A stretch of DNA of 64,000 bases from a virus, in IMG/VR virus record IMGVR_UViG_3300031576_000006, positions 1 to 64,000 of that record. One strand, 5' to 3'. The first letter of the stretch is position 1; each line of letters starts with the position of its first letter. The translations under genes were made by a program, and so were the position numbers. The notes below the pieces were generated by a model. The model made no database searches and was not told the origin of the DNA. It saw only the letters and a list, made by a program, of their open reading frames with translations. This document shows positions 37,714 to 48,936 of the stretch, in pieces.

Positions 37714-38178
37714 TCATAATAAACACCAAATGATAAAATAATTAGTTAAGTGATGGGCCATTTGATCTGCGCCCAGACTCCACCAGAATAGAGTATTTGA
37801 ACGTAATTGAGCTTTAGCTTTATTATTGAAAGATAATTGTTTTATCACTGGAATAAACTCAGCTTTACTTAAAGCTTCATAACGTCCTAATAAATTCGGA
37901 CTAGCTTTAATCCGATCCACCACAAAATGAACGCTAAAGTCAAAGACAGCTAATCCTAATGCCATAGGCCACATGAAAAAGTGGTGTGTGTAGTAAAAAT
38001 AATACAACAATACAATAATAAAAGTGAAGAATGCATGAACTCCACAATGAGCAGCTAGAGGTAATGCCCAGTCTTTAGATTTGAATTTACCCATCATATA
38101 TTTTCCCTGGAGTGGGAAGTCTGCCAAGAAGTGTTTGATTTGATAAACAGTCAGCAATATAAAAATTTCTGTAATCAT
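37714..38178 (-). CDS. DUF3307-like membrane protein
   Basis: KHFLADFPLQ...H.GVH...HFVVD..K...GADQMAH. Confidence 0.75.
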   Translation of the reverse strand: MITEIFILLTVYQIKHFLADFPLQGKYMMGKFKSKDWALPLAAHCGVHAFFTFIIVLLYYFYYTHHFFMWPMALGLAVFDFSVHFVVDRIKASPNLLGRYEALSKAEFIPVIKQLSFNNKAKAQLRSNTLFWWSLGADQMAHHLTNYFIIWCLL

Positions 38179-38811
38179 AATTCCCCCCAATAACTCATCG
38201 TTGTTCTTGCATATTCAATACCGTCTTTGTAAAAGAACGAATTTTGACTGTTTAAATACATATCGGCAATCCATAATTTACCAGTTCTCTGACTTTCCTT
38301 GATGGCTGCGAGTGAAATAAGCTCTTTAGCTGATTCTTTACGGTCTTGATTCCCTTTAGGTAATTTTATTATTAATTCTTTCGTGTGTTTTTGTTTACCT
38401 ACTTTCTCTAGGTGTTCCACTTCCATATCAATTGGTCTTTCGGCCAGCCCCATTATGCCTTGCATAAAATCCTCATGAGTCATTCTAATCTCGATGAATC
38501 TTGCCCCTGAGACTTCATCTTTCATCCGTATACTGACTAGGCCGTCAGATGGGTTTGATATCGTAATTCTACCTTTGATCATAATTCCTCCTTATGCCCC
38601 TTACAGTCAGGACTGTCGCAAACATGATTAGGGTCTGTTTCAGTAGCAGCAGCCGTTTCTGCTAAAGCACCGCGCATGAATTTTTGTTTGAGGGCTTCAA
38701 CTACTACATCAGCCGCTATCGCACCATCTCTGAGGCCATCATGTCGCCAAGCAGTTGCCAGGCGTTCGACTTCTTGTATTACTTCGTTTAAATTGGCATT
38801 TTTCTTGCTCA

Positions 38812-39264
38812 TTATTTCCAACTTTTGTGAAAGATTAAATACGCTTCTGCGATCGGGTAGTTTATAAACTCCATAGAATCGAAACTGTCAATGTCGCCGG
38901 AGTGAGCAATGTTGTTATTGTAAATGACCGACCATGTGCTCTCTTCTTTATAGCAGTGTTGGTTGATCAGTAATACATTCATCGTGTTGATATCCGGCTT
39001 TCCTCTCTTGACACTATGAGCCTCCACCACATTACCGAGAGTTACTGGTATGATTTCGAATCCGCGCTTTTTCAAAAATGAGAACATCATAGAGTTTGGC
39101 CAGTGCCCCTTTCTGGACATTTTTATAATTTTTTCGTATGGCAGTTTGGTTAAAGTGTAAAGTGCATATGCGCCGCATTCCGCAGACATCATTTCCTGGG
39201 CGAAGCGAAAATGAGGAGTGCGATATTCTTTCCAGTTTATTAATTTTGGTATGCCGATTCTCAT
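38812..39264 (-). CDS. Peptidase C39-like fold protein (possibly inactive)
   Basis: Q....ECGAYALYTL; the expected H-W/Y-V motif reads STWSV. Confidence 0.4.
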   Translation of the reverse strand: MRIGIPKLINWKEYRTPHFRFAQEMMSAECGAYALYTLTKLPYEKIIKMSRKGHWPNSMMFSFLKKRGFEIIPVTLGNVVEAHSVKRGKPDINTMNVLLINQHCYKEESTWSVIYNNNIAHSGDIDSFDSMEFINYPIAEAYLIFHKSWK

Positions 39265-40473
39265 TTTTTCTTCTCCCCGCACGAGGCGCAGTATTCGTAA
39301 GTTTCGATTAGGCCGACATAAGGAACAAGCTGATGCTGATTATAGGCGTTAAAATAAACACATACTGATTTTGGTACGACCGTGAATCCGCGTGACTCTG
39401 GAAAATTTTCAATATACTCTGGCATACCAAGGAAATCTGAAGGTTGGATTTTACCGGCATATGGCTTAAGTTTCGTTACCAGAGGATTGACCGCTGCACC
39501 CCATAGAGCCTGATTTACAGCAACTCCATTTACGGCCCTAAGCATATAGTCAAGGGAGGCAACATTCCAACTGTATCTTTTTCCATCGTCTTCTTTTATT
39601 TCATATTTTTGATATGCAACTGCCACAGTGAAAATTGCTATCACCTCTCCATAGAAAAATACACTTGCTTTAGCTGCAAATCTATCTCCAACTTTCATCA
39701 TCGGTTTACTCATAAAACTCCCTCGGATTTCCATGTTTCTAGCACCTTCAACGCATCAAGCCCATAGACTGTAGTTTCTCCGATAGGTCCACCCCATTCA
39801 TCATCCTGATTCAACTTAGCTGCTTCTTTAGTTTTGAAGGGGCCGACAGTTATGCCTGAATATCTAGGTTCGTATGAAAAATACGTGGCTTTCAGGGTAC
39901 TTAGAGGTCCGAATGCGGTTGAATAATCCATTAGACTTCTCCCCAATATTGCCAAGTACCTTGACCTTTGCGATTCCAGTCATTGAGCATTAAAAGAAAT
40001 GTGAGGGTTGACATTTCACCCACCGTCCGTTTTTTAAAAACAACGCCAGTTGGGACATAGAATGCAAAATAAGTTCGTTCTTCCATACTTTCCCTCAATT
40101 CAAATAAGATCGAACGTCATCGAATCTGTGTTTTCGAATCAAAAAGTTACCTTTGTAAAAAACTGTATAGGTCTGCTTCGTGCAACTCCAAACCACTGTA
40201 AAGTTTTCGTTCTTTCTGGTGAATGTCATAATTCACCCTTCGCCTGAGCCTTGCCAAGCTCGAAATCGTTAACGGCGTGAGTCTCGCACTCAATTTTGCC
40301 ACAAGTCGCTTCGAAGCCAACCATAGGTTCATTGGTTTGGAAATGATGGAACGGAGCAGCTTTTGCTGGTGCATCACAGTAGTTGCAAAGGATTAGCAGT
40401 TGATTCATTTCACCCCTTGGGAGGGTTACCGCTGGGCCACTGTATCTTACCGTTAATTCCATAAGTACTCCTA

Positions 40474-40875
40474 TTAGGCCGAAGCTTCAAATATAGCATC
40501 TTGACACCGTTTTACAAAATCATTTGCGAGTTTAAGCTGGCGCTCAATAACTTCGTTCGGATCTTCTGAATGAAAGTTTTCGCTCCAAAATGATTCACCA
40601 CCAATACCGTCATCAGCACTGAAAAGAACGCTGTATTCGAGTTTGCCAATAGTGTATTCGTGTATGTAAATTTTCATGCCGCCTTTTTGTATTGAAGTGT
40701 GCCAGCCGCAATTTTCCCATACTGCCACTTTCCAACCGGTTTTGTTTTTGAGGAGCTTTAAGGCCGCCCTAGCCTTTGCTCTGGCCTTAAGATAAGCCTT
40801 ATGGGTACATTCAAAGCCGCAAGCCGGAGCACAATAGATCTTTTCTTTTCTAACTGCTTTCCAACTTAATCCCAT
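40474..40875 (-). CDS. Conserved phage hypothetical protein
   Basis: YCAPACG..CT...W...VWENCGWH. Confidence 0.55.
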   Translation of the reverse strand: MGLSWKAVRKEKIYCAPACGFECTHKAYLKARAKARAALKLLKNKTGWKVAVWENCGWHTSIQKGGMKIYIHEYTIGKLEYSVLFSADDGIGGESFWSENFHSEDPNEVIERQLKLANDFVKRCQDAIFEASA

Positions 40876-41160
40876 TTATACCCCCTTCGCTTTGGCGATT
40901 GCACTTTTTACGATCGCCCTTAAGCCTTCAATGTCCACCTTGCCGTCATTATTCGTAACGTCATCGGTCAAGCCAAAAAGCACGGTCTCAAGTGCTGACA
41001 ACATTTCGGGCGCGGCAGCTAGGACTTTGGCATTATCTGCATACGGCAATTCTACTTCAACTGAACCAATATAGGTTTGCTCTTCCACAAGAGCGATTCT
41101 GGTTCTACCAGCTGCAATTATTTTTCCATCAGCTTTCCATGGACCTTGTGTATGGCTCAT
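40876..41160 (-). CDS. Phage early protein (HTxGPW...NA..AAAPE family)
   Basis: MSHTQGPW...NAKVLAAAPEML...AIAKAKG. Confidence 0.65.
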   Translation of the reverse strand: MSHTQGPWKADGKIIAAGRTRIALVEEQTYIGSVEVELPYADNAKVLAAAPEMLSALETVLFGLTDDVTNNDGKVDIEGLRAIVKSAIAKAKGV

Positions 41161-41207
41161 TTCCCATCCTTTGTAAACGTTACAAATACAGTATATCAAA
41201 ATAGGGA

Positions 41208-41236
41208 TTGCAATCAATAAAAAATTGATTTAGTAT
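41208..41236 (+). promoter_or_regulatory. sigma70-type promoter driving the tRNA-like RNA
   Basis: TTGCAA-17 nt-TAGTAT. Confidence 0.65.
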
Positions 41237-41238
41237 CA

Positions 41239-41417
41239 TTATGTGACATGCGGCGTGGGAAGCTGTGGGGATATTACCTCTAGGTGTGTGGACGCAAGTC
41301 CTGCCCTGGATTTTAGAAAGACCACTGGAGACACGTTCGGATAATATTACCCTAACGAATAGCACGGATGGGCATTACCGTGCATTGGTCGGAGTCGCGT
41401 CCGGCCATGTCACATAA
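41239..41417 (+). ncRNA. Candidate tRNA-like cloverleaf ncRNA
   Basis: 12-bp perfect closing stem TTATGTGACATG/CATGTCACATAA encloses the arms CGTG/CACG, TTCG/CGAA, GCACGG/CCGTGC and GTCGGA/TCCGGC; GC-rich island. Confidence 0.6.
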
Positions 41418-41656
41418 GGAGAATCAATGAAACCAAGTTTTAAAATAATTACAGGTTTAAAAAAGGCTACAGGGGTGTCAGATTTTGAGATTAAGCTTAT
41501 AGTTCGAGATTTTATCAAGGCCACGAGTAAGCATAAGAAAAAAATTCCACAGTCAGTTGTAGATGCTGCTTTTAATTTCTTTCTTGCTGGTAATTTAAAC
41601 GCTACGGCCCATAACACTTGCTTTGGGAAATACATGTCACCATTTCTTAGGGAAAA

Positions 41657-42085
41657 ATGAAACCTAATTCCAGCTGCTTTATCTGTAGCAGAAAATTCTA
41701 TAGAATCCCCTCTAGAAAGCAGGAAAGAAATTTTTGCTCTTATTCTTGTCGTAATAAATATTTTTCCAAAGAAAAGAGTTTTGTTTGGAAGGGCGGCAAG
41801 CGAAATCAAGCTAAGGCTTATTCGGATGCCAGACTAAGAAGGGTTAAATATAAACAAATCGTAGTTAATTTGATGGGCGGCAGATGTCAGAATTGTCATT
41901 ACAATAAGTGCCTATCAGCTTTAGAATTTCACCATACCGATGACAATAAAGATCGCAATGTAAGGGATTTCGTAAGAGGAAGCTTAAGTAAAGCTATAAA
42001 AGAGGCTAAAAAATGTATACTTCTGTGCGCTAATTGTCACAGAGAAGAACACGAAAGGTTAAAGGAAAATGAAAAAAGAACTTGA
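41657..42085 (+). CDS. HNH endonuclease with zinc fingers
   Basis: CFIC...FCSYSC; CQNC...LEFHH...CILLCANCHREEH. Confidence 0.8.
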   Translation: MKPNSSCFICSRKFYRIPSRKQERNFCSYSCRNKYFSKEKSFVWKGGKRNQAKAYSDARLRRVKYKQIVVNLMGGRCQNCHYNKCLSALEFHHTDDNKDRNVRDFVRGSLSKAIKEAKKCILLCANCHREEHERLKENEKRT

Positions 42086-42650
42086 TGAGAGGTTGTGTAA
42101 AGAATTCCCCAATCTCTTTGCGGATCGCAATGGGGATATGATGTCTACCTGCATGGTTTGGGGTTTCGAACATAGCGATGGCTGGTTTGATATCATATAT
42201 GAAGCAGCTTCAAAGATTGAGCCGCTTATTGTCGCCATGAAAAAGGAACATCCAAATCTTGAATGGTACCCCAGAGCTTCTCAGGTCAAGGAAAAATACG
42301 GAACCTTGAGGTTCTACATGTCTTCCGAAACTGATGAAATGAGTAAGATTATTCAAGAAGCTGAAGATAAGAGCGAAGTAACCTGCGAAATATGTGGGCA
42401 ACCCGGAAAAACTCGCGGCATTGGATGGCTCAGCACCAACTGTTTAGAACACACAAGTAAGGAAGCTTTGGAATCTATGTATGAATATGTTTGTAAATAT
42501 AAAAAAGAGAACGACGAACGTCACGAAAAAATCATGTCTGACTTAGTAAAAAGCGGCCTTATTCCTAGAGAAGCCTTGAAGAAAATCACCGGACTCAGCG
42601 ATTGGTCTATCGATTCATACTTGGAAGGCTGTAAATCTGATAATGGTTGA
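42069..42650 (+). CDS. Conserved phage protein with zinc ribbon
   Basis: GW..II...QVKEKYGTLRFY...TCEICG.PG. Confidence 0.65.
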   Translation: MKKELDERLCKEFPNLFADRNGDMMSTCMVWGFEHSDGWFDIIYEAASKIEPLIVAMKKEHPNLEWYPRASQVKEKYGTLRFYMSSETDEMSKIIQEAEDKSEVTCEICGQPGKTRGIGWLSTNCLEHTSKEALESMYEYVCKYKKENDERHEKIMSDLVKSGLIPREALKKITGLSDWSIDSYLEGCKSDNG

Positions 42651-43176
42651 AATATTTACTTTCATAGATTTAGAACTGGCTCAGCCGTCAAGAAAACTTA
42701 TTCAGTTGGGCGCTGTGGTGGGAAATATTAAAACCGGCCAGGTTTTAGAACGTTTATCTGTTTTTGTTAATCCCCACGAACAGTTAAGTGAATTTATAAT
42801 TAATCTTACCGGTATTACCCAGGAGCAAGTTGATACGGGAACAACCCTTGAAAAAATGTATGAACAACTTTGCTCATTACATAAAAAGCATGGAAGCTAT
42901 CGTAATTTTGTTCAATGGGGCAGCGGTGATTCTGAGTGTATTAGAGAACAGATGGGATTAAATGGAGAAGTTTTTATTGGAGGTAGACGCACCATTGATG
43001 TAAAAACTATTTTTATTGCATGGCGATTATCTCAGGGCGAAAAACTTCAAAGTGGATTAGCAAAATCTTTGGTAAAATTGGGGTTAAAATTTGAAGGTAC
43101 CAAGCATAATGCTCTTTCGGACGCCGAAAATACTTTTAGGATTTTTATGGCACTTCAGAAAAAATTTAGAGCATGA
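42643..43176 (+). CDS. DEDDh 3'-5' exonuclease
   Basis: IDLE, LTGIT, WG..D, HNALSDA. Confidence 0.85.
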   Translation: MVEIFTFIDLELAQPSRKLIQLGAVVGNIKTGQVLERLSVFVNPHEQLSEFIINLTGITQEQVDTGTTLEKMYEQLCSLHKKHGSYRNFVQWGSGDSECIREQMGLNGEVFIGGRRTIDVKTIFIAWRLSQGEKLQSGLAKSLVKLGLKFEGTKHNALSDAENTFRIFMALQKKFRA

Positions 43177-43257
43177 TTAAATAGCCTCTTCGTCGTTGCG
43201 ATTGATTAATGGTCCTATAGCATATGGCACTGCATCCGCTGCATGATTCACATCGTC

Positions 43258-45018
43258 CTAATTTATTACATTAACTCCATTGATTCGAACTGGTCGAATT
43301 GGAGGTTGTATATCGCCAGCATCTAAAGCTCTTCGTAATTCACTCAAAGCACTAATTAAATCTCGCTCTTTGGCTAACTCTTTTTCAGCCAAAAATTTGA
43401 GCACCGTAACTTTATCTTGCAGATCTGCAGGGCTATTGCGATATGAATAAAACTGATGAATTTCTTTGTTGTATACCTCTATATTGTATTTTAGCGCCCC
43501 GTCTTTGTGAACCCCCAACAACCACTGTCTTCCATCGGAGTTGTTTACTTGACGGCCATACGAGCCAATACAATTGCTCATTTTTTGGCCCCATAAGATA
43601 AGTTCAATATTTGTTTTTGGGATGATAAGCTTAAGCCCTCCTTCTAGTTCTATGCCGTCTATTGCCACCACCTCATCTTTGAATTTTAGGTCAAAATTAT
43701 CCGTGGATAGTTTTCTGTATTCAATCGTAACGTAGTCATGCAAAGCTTCTAAGGTTCGTAAGTCGCTTGGTATTAATATTTTGTCTGGCTTTTCATTCCA
43801 TTGATTGGCCGTATCTCGTAGATAATTAAATTTGTGGGATACTAATCCAGCTTCCAAGCTCGCTACGTCCCAAATATCTTTTAGGACCCTTTCCGTTCTT
43901 GATTCCCCAATATGCTTGAAAAATTTATCTATTTTTTGCTTTGCGAATACAAGACCACCAATTGCTGGTAATAAATCCTGACGGCCAACTAGGGTTTTTG
44001 TACGGGCAGTGCGTTCAATTTCAAGAAAAATATCTTGAACTTTGTCGAGGTTGATATACTCCTTCAAGAATTTACCTAAAGTGAAAACTGACAAATCAAA
44101 CATTCCTAAGGTTCTTAAAAAAGTGAATGTTTGATAATTACCGGGTCGTACAGTTATATTTATAGGGTTCTCTGCATTGAAGTTTATTAAATTTTCATTA
44201 TTGACAGGAATATATTTTTCTATCGATTTGGCTTCCGCGATTCTATATATCAGTCTTGCTTGGACTGCACGCCTTAAGTACTTGGCATTTTTGCCGAAAA
44301 CCTTTTTGCAGATTTTTTCCAGGGAATTGTGCTTGCGTAGTAGTTTGAATATTGCAAAATTTTCTTTATCGCCCTGTTCAAATCTAATCGTTTCTATATC
44401 ATTGTTCGATTTAATGAAGTAGTAAATATTATTGCACAAAAATTCAGACCCTATAGATAGTCGTAATAAATTTAATCCTGTTTTTCGTGCGCAATTCTTG
44501 TTGAGCTTACCAGTAAACAAACCTTCTTTCTTTGCCTTCCATAAAATAAGCTCAGACATACGCCTGTCAAATGCCAGTCTAGTCTTGGCTACAGATATCG
44601 TAGTGCCCTTGACTTGTTTGATATTTTTGGATTGAATGGTTTTCATTATAATTTCATCCCACCGGGTTGACTTATAAGTACCATTGGTGAATATTTTACC
44701 TTTTGCGTCCCACGGTGAATTATTCAAAAGCAGCATCACGCTTTTCTTTTTAAACAAGAATGTGGCCATCCATTTATACTCGTATTTTTGTTTTGTATGG
44801 TTGCCAATAACATACATAAGCACGAGTTTGCCGGGCTTTTCAAAACATTTTATACCAGCTATACCTTTGACTTGGTTGTCGCTTTCAGGTTTGCTTGTAT
44901 TTATGCCGTTAGGATAATGAGCTTTATTGAGATTTTGACGTTCGATTAAAACTGCAGCCGGAACTCTATATATGTCCCAGTATTTATTTCCATTTTTAGC
45001 TACGCCGTCAGGTTTCAA
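43258..45018 (-). CDS. PcfJ-like domain protein
   Basis: C-terminal LHD...P.T..EL..WG..M.NCIGSY...QF....N. Confidence 0.65.
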   Translation of the reverse strand: MKPDGVAKNGNKYWDIYRVPAAVLIERQNLNKAHYPNGINTSKPESDNQVKGIAGIKCFEKPGKLVLMYVIGNHTKQKYEYKWMATFLFKKKSVMLLLNNSPWDAKGKIFTNGTYKSTRWDEIIMKTIQSKNIKQVKGTTISVAKTRLAFDRRMSELILWKAKKEGLFTGKLNKNCARKTGLNLLRLSIGSEFLCNNIYYFIKSNNDIETIRFEQGDKENFAIFKLLRKHNSLEKICKKVFGKNAKYLRRAVQARLIYRIAEAKSIEKYIPVNNENLINFNAENPINITVRPGNYQTFTFLRTLGMFDLSVFTLGKFLKEYINLDKVQDIFLEIERTARTKTLVGRQDLLPAIGGLVFAKQKIDKFFKHIGESRTERVLKDIWDVASLEAGLVSHKFNYLRDTANQWNEKPDKILIPSDLRTLEALHDYVTIEYRKLSTDNFDLKFKDEVVAIDGIELEGGLKLIIPKTNIELILWGQKMSNCIGSYGRQVNNSDGRQWLLGVHKDGALKYNIEVYNKEIHQFYSYRNSPADLQDKVTVLKFLAEKELAKERDLISALSELRRALDAGDIQPPIRPVRINGVNVIN

Positions 45019-45733
45019 GTTCGTAATCCAAAATAGTTACAGGGTTAAGAGGTCCGCCAATCCAAGTGCAAATAGCTACATTATAAAAGCTTATACCTTC
45101 TTGATGTTTTTGCCCGTGGCCCTGATGTATGTGTCCAAAAAAATGGAGATCAGGTCTGATGCGCTCAACGGCATCACGAAGATCGGCACACCCTAAAAAT
45201 TGTCCTAATGGTGTTCCTTGGAAGGTTGTTAATTCATCAAGGATATATAGCGGAGGTCCGTGAGTAATAAGTACATTGATGTCTTCAGGCATCGTAGCCC
45301 AATCATCCTTAATCCATGGAATCCGGCGAAGCATACTCTCTGAAAGCGTCCGGGCTCTGTTGAATGCGTAGTCGTTATACCATGGAGTATACGGAGATCC
45401 GAAGAACTTGATACCCTCAAGCGTAATTGCTTCATGGTTGAGTAGGATCACATTATTATCTTCACACATTTTTCTTGCGTCCGTTGGGTTCTGTTCGAAG
45501 TATCGATCGTGGTTGCCTGGCGTAAAAATAATGTGCTTGAAGTTTAATTCGCCATACCATTTGAGAAACGTTTCCGTTTCTTTCATGTCTCCCCAGAAAG
45601 TGGCATCTCCGGCATGGATAAGAATATCGCCGCTTAACGGCTCTTTATCTTCGCCCAAAGAGTTGATTTCTTTGAATTCTGGTATGAGGTAGTGGTAGTT
45701 ATGTGTGTCCGATATTGCAGCTATTTTTAACAT
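45008..45733 (-). CDS. Calcineurin-like metallophosphoesterase
   Basis: SDTH, HAGD, GNHD, THGPP, FGHIH. Confidence 0.9.
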   Translation of the reverse strand: MLKIAAISDTHNYHYLIPEFKEINSLGEDKEPLSGDILIHAGDATFWGDMKETETFLKWYGELNFKHIIFTPGNHDRYFEQNPTDARKMCEDNNVILLNHEAITLEGIKFFGSPYTPWYNDYAFNRARTLSESMLRRIPWIKDDWATMPEDINVLITHGPPLYILDELTTFQGTPLGQFLGCADLRDAVERIRPDLHFFGHIHQGHGQKHQEGISFYNVAICTWIGGPLNPVTILDYELET

Positions 45734-46139
45734 ATTAACTCTCTTGGTGATTTATCCATCCACCGTTTTTTACAAGATCTCCTATTCTATAGGCACATAT
45801 GGCACCGCCGAAATGATCCCAGCTGACCCTAAACCATCCATCTTTCATAATTTCTGTGATTGCTCCAACCCACTTGCGATGTCCGAAATCGACAATTACG
45901 GTATCCCCAATTTTCACGTTAATCCTTAATTGTATTTTTCGACCACTCTTCGTATGCTGACATAGGTATCATTCTACCCGACCTTGATCCCCCTACAAAG
46001 CTAAATTTTGCCAAAATAAGATAATCGTCTTGATCCGTTGTTTTGTTCGTTCTAAAGCAGGTTGCATAAAACTTATACACTGCCGTCAGTAGTAATAGGC
46101 CGACCAATATGGCTGGATGATAATTCAAGAAAAATGTAA

Positions 46140-46760
46140 TCATAACTTGACTCCCATTAATTGATTCGTAAATTCATCCTGCTCTGCTTGCTCCGAATCC
46201 GACATCAGTCTTAAAAAACTTCTAGATGGCAACGTCCAGGGTGCCCACTCTGTACTCCACCATTTACGGTCCTTATAGCCCCAATTTGGATCTAAAATTT
46301 GTTGGCCGTCCCATGTGACCACATGTTGAGCATTTAATACGTTTAGGCTCTTAAGGGTTACGAGGCATGGTTTGCCGGTCGGCCTGTTCGTATAGACTAG
46401 ATCTCTACCGAACATTTTGGCAACCTTCAGCGTCCAGACATCATTAATGCCATTCTCGTCATTATTCCACCCTAACTTGGCATAAGCTCTCTTTACGGCG
46501 ATCAGTGGCTCTTGTAGGAGCATCGCAAGTGCGGCGGGACCACATTCATACTTGCCCTGCCTGACAATATTGACTCTTGGTTCTTGTCTGTTGACAATAT
46601 TACAGTGCAATTCAACATGGCTGGGAGATGTTAGCCTAATCCCTCCTCCGTTGTTTTCTTTTGAATAAATTACAAGCCGCTCGCTATAGTTCATCCCTAC
46701 AGCAAGAATCAGAATGCCATCCTTCTCTGTTATTATTTTGGGAACTCGCAATTTGATCAT
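46140..46760 (-). CDS. Peptidase C39-like cysteine protease
   Basis: Q...ECGPAALAM...QHVVTW...ILDP. Confidence 0.65.
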   Translation of the reverse strand: MIKLRVPKIITEKDGILILAVGMNYSERLVIYSKENNGGGIRLTSPSHVELHCNIVNRQEPRVNIVRQGKYECGPAALAMLLQEPLIAVKRAYAKLGWNNDENGINDVWTLKVAKMFGRDLVYTNRPTGKPCLVTLKSLNVLNAQHVVTWDGQQILDPNWGYKDRKWWSTEWAPWTLPSRSFLRLMSDSEQAEQDEFTNQLMGVKL

Positions 46761-47244
46761 TGCTTAAGTCCTTTAAATTCTGAGAATATAAAGGTGCCGA
46801 ATGTGCCGAAGTGTGCAGTATCGTGATCATTTTGCTCCATTACTTCAAGCCCAATAACAATCTCGTTTTTTTCCACACCCATTTCTTCCAAGTATTCAGC
46901 CATTTCGACCAAAGGTCCAGTCTTTTCAGATAAAGTGCATGGACCATTGACATCCAAAGCCTTAACGATGGCCCTTGCCTTTCTAGCGTCCATATTTTCT
47001 ATGATTAACTGATATCCTATTGCCGGAATCGTCATTTTGCTTGCCTGTGCTTGCATCTTAACCTCCCACGTAACTTATAATCCAATATCCCAATTTAATT
47101 TCATAATAATGATCATGATTGAAGTATTTAGGCATCCATTTCCAATTTCGACAGCGATGAATTTCTAATTTTTTAAATTTCAAGTGTCGCTCCTTAGATA
47201 ATAGAATAGTGCAATATTTACACAAACACAAGAGAAATAATTGC

Positions 47245-47273
47245 TTGCATTTTGATACGCATCAGATTAAGAT
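47245..47273 (+). promoter_or_regulatory. sigma70-type promoter, leaderless gene 47280
   Basis: TTGCAT-17-TAAGAT-6 nt-ATG. Confidence 0.6.
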
Positions 47274-47279
47274 TGTAAT

Positions 47280-48548
47280 ATGGGTCTAATAAGGATTTAT
47301 TTGTGGCTGATGGCCGCCATTATCATTGGAGCAATGCTCAACCGGGCCTACATCGTGATCGGCGTATCATCCTGGAACGAGGGGTGCAAGGAAGCATCTA
47401 TGAAAATGGGCATGGTTTACGGACTGCAATATCAAGGATATTTGGACAAATTTTGTAATGCTAGATTAAATCATATGAATGAAGAATTTCAATTGGAGGA
47501 TTAAGTGAAAGTTATTGATGTAGAGGCCGTTGAGGCATTGGCTGGGTTGGCTCAATCTCACGGCAAAGAACTGAACATTACTATTAACAACAGTAAAACA
47601 TTTGGAACGAAAATTTCCGTAGGTGATCACGAATATTTCACCGACCGACTAGATAATATGTCAGTGATAGCGGCCCTTACCCATATTGGAAGAGGATTGG
47701 CACTTGAGCAAAAAGATGAGGAAACAAAGAAAGAAGCTTAGGCCGGTCGGAGATATTTTATCCGACATGGAAAAGTTTTTATATGAACTTCATGAAGATC
47801 ATGATTTACAGCATGGTGAGGTTCTCTATCTCGTGAACGGATGGCAGAAAATTCATGTACCTGAACACATTGAATCTTACCTAGATGGCACTCATCCCAT
47901 CCTATACGGACCAGGGGAGGATAAATGAAGGCTGAATTGATGACCGTGATATCAAAGATCACAAATTCTAAACCGGGCCTTACTAAGGGAAAGAAGTACA
48001 AAGTCATTGAATACGGTTTCAGTATGACCCACGGACCCTGGTACGAGATCAAGAATGATCGAAAGGAATTGATTTCCATCGTCAATGCAAACAAATATTT
48101 GAAGCTGGTAAGTCCAGTCAAAAGGAAGAAGAAGTGAAAAAAGGATTTTGGTACTATTTTCGGAACATTTATACCGGTGTGGCTATCTGGCAGGTTGCCG
48201 CATTTCTAACAACCTTTGTATTTCATAGTGAACTGGATAGATATATGGCTCTTGCTCGAATTCCAATTATCTTAATTGGGTCGTCTGTTCCAATCATAGT
48301 AAGTTCTTTAATCTTATCAAAGAAGGATAAGAATGCTGGTATCAATAGTTAAAGGGCTGCTGACAGTATTTCTGACTTTCGTTCTGCTTACGGCGGCACC
48401 GGGCCTTCTACTGGGTGCCGGAACATGCCTAGCTCTGATAGGTAAACTTTTAGGTATGCTCCTCAAGGGATCTCCAGTAATATTCTTTATTTTATCTGTA
48501 ATTATTTCAATTCTACATGGACTTAAAGTTTTTCTTACCTCAAAATAA
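47280..48548 (+). other. Operon of six small hypothetical genes (three with TM segments)
   Basis: Abutting or overlapping ORFs 47280, 47505, 47686, 47925, 48134, 48333. Confidence 0.55.
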
Positions 48549-48561
48549 TCAGCATTAACAA

Positions 48562-48586
48562 TAGGTTACCTCAAAAACTTAATAAT
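48562..48586 (+). promoter_or_regulatory. Candidate late promoter motif
   Basis: TAGGTT-ACCTC-AAAAA-CTTAAT-AAT. Confidence 0.7.
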
Positions 48587-48613
48587 TGAAACGTAAGCTT
48601 GAGGTGTCTAGAA

Positions 48614-48934
48614 ATGGCTAATGAAGATAATAGGCCTAAACCTACAATCAATGATCAAATTGCTTTGTATGTTTTACATGAAAGAGTTAACGAACTCAGA
48701 GAAGCGCATAGGCAGAAGGACGATAGGGATTTGCGGCTGTTTCAACAGCTGGCTGATGCCCAGAAGTCAACGTCTGAGCGTTTGGCGGTAGTCGAGACAA
48801 ATGATATTCATGTATCCCATGCAGTCATTAAACTTCAAAAAGAATCTTCGATACAAACTAAGCTTTTGACTGGTATTTTCCTGTCTGCTATCAGTGCGCT
48901 AATAACAATTATTGTTAAAGCTATTTTGGGGTAA
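48614..48934 (+). CDS. Coiled-coil protein with C-terminal TM helix (holin/antiholin-like)
   Basis: GAGGTG SD before ATG 48614; hydrophobic C-terminus. Confidence 0.45.
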   Translation: MANEDNRPKPTINDQIALYVLHERVNELREAHRQKDDRDLRLFQQLADAQKSTSERLAVVETNDIHVSHAVIKLQKESSIQTKLLTGIFLSAISALITIIVKAILG

Positions 48935-48936
48935 TC

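Noticed and set aside
41239-41417. Canonical tRNA or tmRNA gene
   Set aside because: No TTCRA T-loop, standard anticodon loop or CCA, and too short for tmRNA with no tag ORF. Kept only as a tRNA-like ncRNA candidate.
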